A stretch of DNA of 64,000 nt, from positions 352,001 through 416,000 of the forward strand of contig JBFWNU010000002.1 of assembly GCA_050250895.1 (NCBI GenBank), written 5' to 3'. Under the pieces are notes generated by a model. It saw only the letters and a list, made by a program, of their open reading frames with translations, had not been told where the DNA came from and did not search any database. Below are positions 47,490-55,461 of the stretch, piece by piece; positions within the stretch are counted from its first letter, which is position 1; each line of letters opens with the position of its first letter. The translations under genes and the position numbers were made by a program. Source of the DNA: Vulcanimicrobiota bacterium (GTDB taxonomy: Bacteria > Vulcanimicrobiota > Xenobia > Xenobiales > JADMJV01).

Positions 47490-48770
47490 TTGCAGGTTCG
47501 TGGACTCACAGGTCAGGTCACCAGGCAGCCCCACAGGGCCAGCTTCGCTCTGCCCGAGTCGAACCAGCAGTCCGATACCGTCAGGCTGATTTTGCAGTCG
47601 GACCACCAGACCGATCTAGACCGTTTGCGGGCCGGGTTCTTCAATGTCAGCGCCAGTCGCAATCGCATTCACGCCGAGCTTCCCATCGTGCACGGGCTGG
47701 CGGTCGAGGTCGCCACCCGCAACATGGCTCAGCTGCTCGACGAGATCGGTCAGTGCCAGAATGTGCGCGCCAGCTTTGATGCACCCGTAACCATCCCCGT
47801 CATCGACGAGCCCGATCCGGCGGTGGAACTGGATATCGGGGTGCCGGTGACCCGGGCTCCCGAGCTGTGGCAGCGCGGCCTGACGGGTAAGGGCGTCAAC
47901 ATCGCCGTGCTCGACACGGGCATCGCTCCCCACACCGATGTCAAGAGCCGGGTGGTGGCTTTTCACGATGTGCTTCACGGTCAGACCGAGATGTACGACG
48001 ACAACGGCCACGGCACGCATGTTAGCGGTATTGCCGCCGGTGACGGCACGGCCTCGCAGCATTTGTTCAAAGGGGCGGCCCCCGAGGCCGGTCTGGTGGG
48101 GATCAAGGTGCTCGACGAGAAGGGTGAGGGCCGTTTCTCGGATATCATCAAGGGCGTGCAGTGGGCGGTCGAGAACAAAGACCGCTTGAATATCAAGGTT
48201 CTCAACCTTTCGCTCGGGGGTACGGCCAGCACGCCCTATGCTGACGACCCTCTGGCCCAGGCCCTCGAGGCGGCCTGGCAAGCCGGGCTCTTTCCGGTGG
48301 TGGCGGCGGGCAACGAGGGCCCGTTCACCCGCACCATCACGACACCCGGTCACGCCCTCAACGTCTTGACGGTGGGAGCTTCTGATGATAGAGGCACCGC
48401 CGATATTAGCGATGACAAGGTTGGCAGTTTCTCGAGCCGCGGGCCGACTCGTCCCGATGGGCTGACAAAGCCCGACATCGTCGCCCCGGGAGTGCGGATC
48501 ACTTCGGCCGATGCCTTTAGCGACGGCTATTCGACCAAGTCCGGCACCTCGATGTCGACTCCCATGCTCGCAGGCATTGCGGCTTTGTTGCTGCAGGCCA
48601 ACCCGCAGGCTACGCCCGAACAGCTCAAGAGCGCGCTGAAGGACAGCGCCCGCCATCTGGCCCAGGGGGGAGAGCCCACCGTGCAGGGGTCAGGGTTGGT
48701 GGATGCGGTGGCAGCCCTCGACCGGCTTACTCAACCGCTTGTTTTAGCAGGTTCTGCCACACCCCGGTAA
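47490..48770 (+). CDS. S8 serine peptidase (AprX-like), no signal peptide
   Basis: VLDTG, HGTHVSG, AAGN, GTSMSTP; AGGAGG RBS with TTG start. Confidence 0.93.
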   Translation: MQVRGLTGQVTRQPHRASFALPESNQQSDTVRLILQSDHQTDLDRLRAGFFNVSASRNRIHAELPIVHGLAVEVATRNMAQLLDEIGQCQNVRASFDAPVTIPVIDEPDPAVELDIGVPVTRAPELWQRGLTGKGVNIAVLDTGIAPHTDVKSRVVAFHDVLHGQTEMYDDNGHGTHVSGIAAGDGTASQHLFKGAAPEAGLVGIKVLDEKGEGRFSDIIKGVQWAVENKDRLNIKVLNLSLGGTASTPYADDPLAQALEAAWQAGLFPVVAAGNEGPFTRTITTPGHALNVLTVGASDDRGTADISDDKVGSFSSRGPTRPDGLTKPDIVAPGVRITSADAFSDGYSTKSGTSMSTPMLAGIAALLLQANPQATPEQLKSALKDSARHLAQGGEPTVQGSGLVDAVAALDRLTQPLVLAGSATPR

Positions 48771-49701
48771 AGATCGGCGAGATGACCGACATGTGAGGGT
48801 CTCTCACGGGCTCGTCGCTGATGACCACCGGCCCGCTGGCTGAGGCCGGGGCGGCCGGGTCTTCCCGCAGGATGCGGGCGATGTTGAGCTGACTTTCACT
48901 GCCAAAGAAGTCATCGCGATGCAGTAGCGACAGGAAACGTTCGGGAGGAGTGGCTCCGGGGGCGCTCACCCACGAGGCGGGGCCCGCCTCGGTCGTGTCC
49001 TGGGGGCCGGCCAGCATGATGACGGCCTGGAGCGGGTGGCGTTTGGCCAGATAGGCGGCGTGACCCGAGCCCTGCGAGTGGCCCACCACGACGATCTTGT
49101 TCCAGACTGGCCCGTTGTGGCTGTAGAACTGGCCAAAATGCTCGGGGTCGTGTTTGGCCTGGTAAGCCAGCAGGGCCTCGAGTCGGTGTTCGATGGAATT
49201 GTCGGGGCTGACCTCGACCAGTTGGCTCACCGGCTGACCGGTGGCGATCTCCTGGCGAAAGAGGGTGCAGGGGTCGGGCTCGGGGCTGGTTTTGCACGAG
49301 GTGGTAATGACGGTGTTGGGATAGTCCAGGGCCAGGGCCGCGAAACCTTGCTCGGCTGCCACCGTGTCAAAGGCGCTGAAGTCACTCGGAAGGCTGTTGG
49401 TACCACCCAGGCTGAGCAGAAGAAAGCCGTTGGGAGTGGTCTGAGGAAGATAGGCCAGGTGCGGACCGCGGGCCTGGGTGATGGCCGGGTCGGTGGCCTG
49501 GGGCGCGATTTCGGTGACGGGCGCACAGGCCTGAGTGGCCGTGCAGCTCGCCAGCAATCCGGCCCCGGCCAGCGCCACACCCCACGGATTGAAGCTTTGA
49601 GCGGATGGGGGAGAGGCGTCAAACCGATCGCCGGGCAGTTCGGGGACGCTGCCGGCTGAGCGAGCCTTGACGATGGGTAGGGATACCGGTCCGATCTTCA
49701 C
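48727..49701 (-). CDS. alpha/beta hydrolase (BPSS1187-like)
   Basis: LGGT, ALDYPN, NSI..RL, GHSQGSGHAA, C-terminal DPH. Confidence 0.82.
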   Translation of the reverse strand: MKIGPVSLPIVKARSAGSVPELPGDRFDASPPSAQSFNPWGVALAGAGLLASCTATQACAPVTEIAPQATDPAITQARGPHLAYLPQTTPNGFLLLSLGGTNSLPSDFSAFDTVAAEQGFAALALDYPNTVITTSCKTSPEPDPCTLFRQEIATGQPVSQLVEVSPDNSIEHRLEALLAYQAKHDPEHFGQFYSHNGPVWNKIVVVGHSQGSGHAAYLAKRHPLQAVIMLAGPQDTTEAGPASWVSAPGATPPERFLSLLHRDDFFGSESQLNIARILREDPAAPASASGPVVISDEPVRDPHMSVISPIFTGVWQNLLKQAVE

Positions 49702-49741
49702 TCTTGGAGTCTAGCCGAAAGCCCTGAAAAACATGCGAATT

Positions 49742-51634
49742 TCAGGTCATGGTGTCCCAGATGGCGGTCAGTTCGGCGATCTGGGCTTCCACCTCCGCAT
49801 ACCGACTCTGGACCGACTCATGGGCGGCGCCGTCTTGATAAAGGGCGGGGTCGCCCAGCTGGGCGGCCAGCGACTCGAGTTCTTCTTCCAGGCCAAAGAT
49901 CTTGGTTTCGAGGGCTTCGAGCTTCCACTCCACCTGGCGGCCCCGAGGCGGGGGAGAGGCCGACTTCTTGATGGGCTTTTTCTTGGCCTCTTTGGCGGCC
50001 GCAGCTCTGGCCGCCTCGGCCTGGCGTCGTTCTTGCTCGACCTTGTCGCGGTAGCGGCTGTAATTGCCCAGAAACACGCGGGCTCGGCCCCCGGCCAACT
50101 CGAGCACGCGGGTGACCAACCCATCCATGAAGTGGCGGTCGTGGGTGATGAGCACGATGGTGCCGGGATAGTCCTCGAGCGCGTCGAGCAGCGATTCTCG
50201 GGCGTCGAGATCGAGATGATTGGTCGGCTCGTCCAGAAGCAGCAGGTTGGAAGGACGGATGATGCAACGGGCCAGGGCCACCCGGCTGCGCTCGCCGCCC
50301 GAGAGCACCGAAATCGGCTTGAAGACGTCGTCGGCTTCGAAGAGAAGGCAGCCCAGCAGAGTCCGCAGACGAGTCTGGGTGGTGCCAGGTGGAGCCACCT
50401 CATCAAGCGATTCGAGCACGGTGTGGTGGGGGCTGAGCGCCTCGGCCTGGTGCTGGGCGAAATAGACAGGCTCGACCCGATAGCCGGCCTTGATCCGGCC
50501 GGCATCCGGCTCTTCTAGTCCGGCCAAAAGGCGCATCAGGGTGGACTTGCCGGCCCCGTTGCGGCCCACCAGAGCCAGCCGGTCTTCGCGGACCAGTTCG
50601 AAGTTGACGTCTCGAAAGACTTCGACCCCGGCATAGCTCTTGGCCAGATCGATCACCTTGTAGAGTTCCTGACCGCTGGTGAGGCCGCTCGAGAAGCCGG
50701 CCTTCATCTTCTTGGCCGGACCCGTGGGAGCCTCGATCCGCTCGAGTTTCTCCAGGCGCTTCTCGCGGCTTTTGACCCGGCTAGCCAGGGTGGCCTTGGC
50801 CCGAAACCGCTCGATGAAGCGCTGGTCGTGGGCCAGCTGTTTTTGCTGGGCTTGATAAGCGGCCAGTTGTCGGTCGTGGCGTTCTTCGCGCTCTTGTAAG
50901 AAGAAGGTGTAGTTGCCGGCGTAGTCTTCGACCTGACCGAACTCAAAAGAGAGCACCCGGTTGACTACCCGATCCAGAAAGGCGCGGTCGTGGCTGACCA
51001 TCAGGACCGTGCCCTTGTAGCTGGCCAGATACTCCTCGAGCCACTCCACCGCGTACAGATCGAGATGGTTGGTGGGTTCGTCCATCAACAACACGTCCGG
51101 AGAGCCCAGCAGCAGGCGGGCCATGGCTCCCTTCATCTGCCAGCCTCCGCTGAATTCGCGACAAGGTCGCTCGAAGTCGCGCTCGCTGAAGCCCACTCCG
51201 GCCAGGACCGTGCGGATGCGGGCGTCGATGAGGTGAGGTTCGGCTGTCTCGTACTCGTTTTGCAGCCGATCGTAGCGCTTGAGTAGCGCTTCGAGTTCGG
51301 CTCCTTCGAGCGTAGCCATCTCGTGCTCGAGCTCGCGCAATCGCTGTTCCAGAGCCAGAGTGGCCGAAAAAATTTCGAGCATCTCGGCATACAGGGTGCG
51401 ATCGGGCGAGAGTTGTCCCTCCTGGCCGAGATAGCCCAGTTCGCACTCTGGAGACAGGGCCACCGAGCCCCCATCGGGAGCCACCTGGCCGGCCAGGATC
51501 TTGAGCAGAGTGGTCTTGCCGCAACCGTTGGGTCCCACCAGGCCGACCCGCTGACCGGGCGTCAGGGCAAACGTGACCTCGCTGAACAGATCGCGACCAC
51601 CAAAGGCCTTTTTTAGTCCGCTGACGCTGAGCAT
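49742..51634 (-). CDS. ABC-F family ATP-binding protein
   Basis: Two NBDs (GPNGCGKT, GRNGAGKS), DEPTNHLD x2, no TM. Confidence 0.95.
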   Translation of the reverse strand: MLSVSGLKKAFGGRDLFSEVTFALTPGQRVGLVGPNGCGKTTLLKILAGQVAPDGGSVALSPECELGYLGQEGQLSPDRTLYAEMLEIFSATLALEQRLRELEHEMATLEGAELEALLKRYDRLQNEYETAEPHLIDARIRTVLAGVGFSERDFERPCREFSGGWQMKGAMARLLLGSPDVLLMDEPTNHLDLYAVEWLEEYLASYKGTVLMVSHDRAFLDRVVNRVLSFEFGQVEDYAGNYTFFLQEREERHDRQLAAYQAQQKQLAHDQRFIERFRAKATLASRVKSREKRLEKLERIEAPTGPAKKMKAGFSSGLTSGQELYKVIDLAKSYAGVEVFRDVNFELVREDRLALVGRNGAGKSTLMRLLAGLEEPDAGRIKAGYRVEPVYFAQHQAEALSPHHTVLESLDEVAPPGTTQTRLRTLLGCLLFEADDVFKPISVLSGGERSRVALARCIIRPSNLLLLDEPTNHLDLDARESLLDALEDYPGTIVLITHDRHFMDGLVTRVLELAGGRARVFLGNYSRYRDKVEQERRQAEAARAAAAKEAKKKPIKKSASPPPRGRQVEWKLEALETKIFGLEEELESLAAQLGDPALYQDGAAHESVQSRYAEVEAQIAELTAIWDTMT

Positions 51635-52554
51635 GGCCTGTTGTTAGCTGCCGAGACGGGCTGACCTGCCCACAGGGCCGCAGCGATCGTGACCGTCTGG
51701 GCGTGGATGTCGACGATATCCTCGGGATCCGGGGCGTAGCCACCGCCCATAGTGACGGCTACCGGCAGCCCGAGCTGGCGGCAGCGCCCGAGGACCAGTT
51801 GGTCGCGTCGTCCCAGACCGGCTTTGGTCAGGCTCAGTCGACCGAGCTTGTCGCCGTGATACGGGTCGGCGCCCGACAGATAGATGGCCAACTGGGGTCG
51901 AGAGCGGCGGAACGCCTCTTCGAGGGCCGGGGCTAGCCGGGCTAGATAGATTTCGTCGTCGGTGGCGTCGGGCAGGGCCACATCAAGATCGCCCGGGACC
52001 TTGCGAAAGGGAAAGTTCTTCTCACCGTGGATCGAAAAGGCGAAGATGGACGGGTCATTGGCCGCCAGGGCGGCGGTGCCGTTGCCCTGGTGAACGTCGC
52101 AATCGATGACCAGGGCCCGCTCGAGACGGCCTTCGGCCTGCATCACCCGCAGGGCCACCACACTGTCGTTGAATACGCAAAAACCTTCGGGGTGGTCGGC
52201 GAAGGCGTGGTGGGTTCCCCCGGCCAGGTTGGCGGCCAATCCCTGGTCGAGGGCAGTGCGGCAGGCGGCGATGGTGGCTCCCACCGAGCGCCGCGAGCGT
52301 TCGACCAGCTCGGGGCTGTAAGGAAATCCCAGCCGACGCACTTCCTGGCGGGGCAGGTTGCCCGTCTTGAGCGAGTCGAGATAGTCTTGGGTGTGGGCTA
52401 GCAAAAGTTCCTGGTCGCTGGCTGGCACGGGGACTTCGAGGGTCAACTGGGGATGGCCCGTAAGCCGCTCGCGCAAAAGGCGGTATTTGGCCATGGGAAA
52501 CCGGTGCGCTTCGGGCAGCGGCAGCACGAAGTGGTCGCAATAGTAAGCGATCAT
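51613..52554 (-). CDS. histone deacetylase family protein
   Basis: HRFPMAKY, GGTHHA, GFCVFND, DVHQGNG, GADP, GGGY. Confidence 0.95.
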   Translation of the reverse strand: MIAYYCDHFVLPLPEAHRFPMAKYRLLRERLTGHPQLTLEVPVPASDQELLLAHTQDYLDSLKTGNLPRQEVRRLGFPYSPELVERSRRSVGATIAACRTALDQGLAANLAGGTHHAFADHPEGFCVFNDSVVALRVMQAEGRLERALVIDCDVHQGNGTAALAANDPSIFAFSIHGEKNFPFRKVPGDLDVALPDATDDEIYLARLAPALEEAFRRSRPQLAIYLSGADPYHGDKLGRLSLTKAGLGRRDQLVLGRCRQLGLPVAVTMGGGYAPDPEDIVDIHAQTVTIAAALWAGQPVSAANNRPCSASAD

Positions 52555-52802
52555 TCGTCCTGCTTGAGCCGGCGCAGCCCGGCCATGCCCAGCAAGCCCA
52601 CCCCCGCAAAAAAGGACAAGCAGGCCAGCGCCGCCAGTTTGATGGCCGGACCGGGCTGGCCGAGCGACCAGATCGAGGCGGCCTGTCTGGACAGAGCCAA
52701 TCCGGTCAGGGCCAGCAACATTCCCGCCACGAGCATCCTCTCTGGTTCGCCTCGACCCAACCAGAGGGCCTGCCTGGCCACCGCGCCGAAAGCGCTTTGC
52801 AT
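52551..52802 (-). CDS. small membrane protein (start uncertain)
   Basis: Two hydrophobic segments; stop overlaps the HDAC start (ATGA). Confidence 0.5.
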   Translation of the reverse strand: MQSAFGAVARQALWLGRGEPERMLVAGMLLALTGLALSRQAASIWSLGQPGPAIKLAALACLSFFAGVGLLGMAGLRRLKQDE

Positions 52803-53445
52803 GAGAGTAGCCGGAGTGGACGGCTGTCGCGGAGGCTGGTTGGTGGCCGGCTCAGGGTCCCCGCCAGAGTTGCGCCTGTGCGCCACTTTCGCCCAGGTAC
52901 TCGAGCTTGGCTACCAATTCCTGGCCGTCGATATGCCCATCGGTTTGCCGGCCCTGGGCCAAACTCGTCGGGCCGACGCCGAAGCCCGCGCTCGGCTGGG
53001 GCTCCGGCGGGCCTCGGTCTTTCCCGCCCCGCCACGAGAGTTGCTCCAGGCCGAGCATTACGACCAGGTGCGAGGCCACGGCATGAGCCTGCAGACGTTC
53101 TATCTCCTGCCGCGAATCCGCGAACTCGACGCCGCCATGAACCCGGCTCGTCAACGCTTCGTAAGAGAGACACACCCCGAGTTGGTGTTCTGCCGGTTGG
53201 CCGGGCGTCCACTCGAGTTCGCCAAGAAGAAGCCCCAGGGGCTGGTCGAGCGCCGGCGGCTGCTAGGTCTTGACGAAGGACCCTGGCTGAGCGAGTTTCC
53301 GCGCCGGTTGGTGGCTCGTGACGACATCCTTGACGCGCTGGTGTTACTGCGAGCGGCCGGTGCCCAGGCCGAGGGCACCTCTCGAGTGGTGCCGGAGTTA
53401 GAGCAGTTCGACTCGAAGGGTTTAAAGATGGAGATCTGCTATTGA
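52801..53445 (+). CDS. DUF429 family protein (RNase H-like fold)
   Basis: MRVAGVDGCRGGW, VDMPIGL, ETHPE, DDILDA. Confidence 0.9.
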   Translation: MRVAGVDGCRGGWLVAGSGSPPELRLCATFAQVLELGYQFLAVDMPIGLPALGQTRRADAEARARLGLRRASVFPAPPRELLQAEHYDQVRGHGMSLQTFYLLPRIRELDAAMNPARQRFVRETHPELVFCRLAGRPLEFAKKKPQGLVERRRLLGLDEGPWLSEFPRRLVARDDILDALVLLRAAGAQAEGTSRVVPELEQFDSKGLKMEICY

Positions 53446-53464
53446 ACGCGAAAGCCCCCAGGCC

Positions 53465-54709
53465 TTGAAGATCTGCTGGTCTGACATCTTCCTGCTTTAT
53501 CGGCACGAGCTGAAGTCTGCCTTTCGCGAGTCCAACATTGTGCTCTACAGCCTGTTGGTTCCGATGTTGCTCTATCCCCTCATGGTCTGGTTGATGATGA
53601 GCGCCATCTCTTTTGTCGATGGCCAACAGCAAGAGTCGGTCTCGAAACTGATGCTTCACGGCCTACCGGCCGAGCACGAGAAACTGCGCGGATTGCTCGA
53701 GTCCGACGCCCATATCCGCCTGGTCGATGACGGCAATCCGGTCGAGGCTTTGCGGGCCGGTCGGCTGGACCTGCTGGTCGACATCATTCCCAACCATGGC
53801 AGCCCGGGGTTTGTCGTCAAGCTGGTCTTCGATGACTCCAAGGACCTCTCGAAGGTCGCCAGGCGACGCTTCAGCAAGGTGTTGACCACCTATCACACCC
53901 TCTACCTCGAGCGCCAGGTGCGCGAGCTTGGGCTGGAACTGCGCGCTCTACAACCCTTCTGGATTGAAGCCGACAATCGCTCTTCCTCACAGGAGGTGGG
54001 CCAGTATCTGTTGGGAATCTTCCTACCCTTCACGCTCATCGTGATCTTGTCCATCGGCGGCCTCTATCCGGCCATTGATTCGACGGCCGGTGAGCGCGAA
54101 CGCAACACCTGGGAAACTTCGATGACCATCGCCACGCCCCGCATCAACTTGCTGTTGGCCAAGTACTTCTATGTCAGCACCATGGCCAGCCTGGCGGGGC
54201 TGCTGAACCTGGCTGCGATGATCGTCTCCATGCGCTCGATCATCGCGCCTCTGGCTCGCGAACTGGCTGACTCGTTGAGCTTCACCATCAGCTGGGATTC
54301 GGTCATCGTGATCTTCATCGGCTCGGTGCTGATGGCCATGATGATCGGATCGGGAATGATGCTGCTGGCCTCGTTCGCTCGCACCTTTCGCGAGGGGCAA
54401 GCGATGGTGACCCCCATCTTCATGCTCACCCTGCTGCCGGTTTCCATCATTTCGGACAGCAGTGTCGAGTTCACTCCCGGGCTGGCCCTGGTACCGGTGC
54501 TCAACATCGGGATGATGTGGCGCGAAGCGATTCATGGGGTCTACAACTGGCCGCTGATTGCCATCACTTTGCTGGTGCAGCTCTTTTTGCTGCTGGTGGC
54601 TGTCTGGTTGGCCACGCGCATTCTGGCCTATGAAGATATGGTCATCGGTAGCTATGGCGGCAGCTTCTGGAAGTTTGCCAAGGACCGCCTATTCCGGAGG
54701 AACTCATGA
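53465..54709 (+). CDS. NatB-like ABC permease
   Basis: AIDSTAGERERNTWET, ARTFREGQ, PVLN. Confidence 0.88.
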   Translation: MKICWSDIFLLYRHELKSAFRESNIVLYSLLVPMLLYPLMVWLMMSAISFVDGQQQESVSKLMLHGLPAEHEKLRGLLESDAHIRLVDDGNPVEALRAGRLDLLVDIIPNHGSPGFVVKLVFDDSKDLSKVARRRFSKVLTTYHTLYLERQVRELGLELRALQPFWIEADNRSSSQEVGQYLLGIFLPFTLIVILSIGGLYPAIDSTAGERERNTWETSMTIATPRINLLLAKYFYVSTMASLAGLLNLAAMIVSMRSIIAPLARELADSLSFTISWDSVIVIFIGSVLMAMMIGSGMMLLASFARTFREGQAMVTPIFMLTLLPVSIISDSSVEFTPGLALVPVLNIGMMWREAIHGVYNWPLIAITLLVQLFLLLVAVWLATRILAYEDMVIGSYGGSFWKFAKDRLFRRNS

Positions 54710-55461
54710 ATCCCGTCGAGGTCGTAGGGCTGGCCAAGACCTACATCGACGAGGGCCGCGGCACGGTCGAGGCGGTCCGCGGCATCGAGTTCGAGTGTCG
54801 TGAAGGCGAGGTCTTCGGCTTGCTAGGCACCAACGGGGCCGGCAAGACGACCACCTTGCGGATGCTCAGCACTTTGCTGGTTCCGAGTTCTGGATCGGCG
54901 CGGTTGATGGGGCACGATGTGGTCACCGAGCCCGAAGAGGTGCGCCGCAGCATCGGATTCTATTCAGCCTCGACGGCTCTCTATCCGCGGCTGACGGCCC
55001 GCGAGACCATCGAGTTCTTCGCCAAGATCAACAAGTATCCGAGGGATCGGGTGGCGGCCCGCGTCGAAGAGTTGATCGCCCGGCTCGGCCTGGGCGACTA
55101 CGCCGACGCCAGAGTGGAGCGCCTCTCGAGCGGGATGAAGCAGAAGGTCTCGATCGCCAGAACGGTGGCCCACGATCCTCCCATCATCATCTTCGACGAG
55201 CCCACCGTTGGGTTGGATATTCTCAATGCGCTCGAGTTTCACGCCATCGTGGCCGAGCTGCGCGACAAGGGCAAGACCATCATCTTCTCGACCCATATCA
55301 TGAGCGAGGCCGAGAAGCTCTGCGATCGCATCGCCATCATCGACCGGGGCCAGATCCTGGCCTGTGGCACCCTCGAACAGTTGCGCGAGCGCACTGGCGT
55401 CCACTATCTCGAGGATGTCTTCGTCAAGGTGCTCAACGAGCCCGAGGCAACGACCTCGTGA
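54706..55461 (+). CDS. NatA-like ABC ATP-binding protein
   Basis: GTNGAGKT, LSSGMKQKV, DEPT, STHIMSE. Confidence 0.92.
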   Translation: MNPVEVVGLAKTYIDEGRGTVEAVRGIEFECREGEVFGLLGTNGAGKTTTLRMLSTLLVPSSGSARLMGHDVVTEPEEVRRSIGFYSASTALYPRLTARETIEFFAKINKYPRDRVAARVEELIARLGLGDYADARVERLSSGMKQKVSIARTVAHDPPIIIFDEPTVGLDILNALEFHAIVAELRDKGKTIIFSTHIMSEAEKLCDRIAIIDRGQILACGTLEQLRERTGVHYLEDVFVKVLNEPEATTS

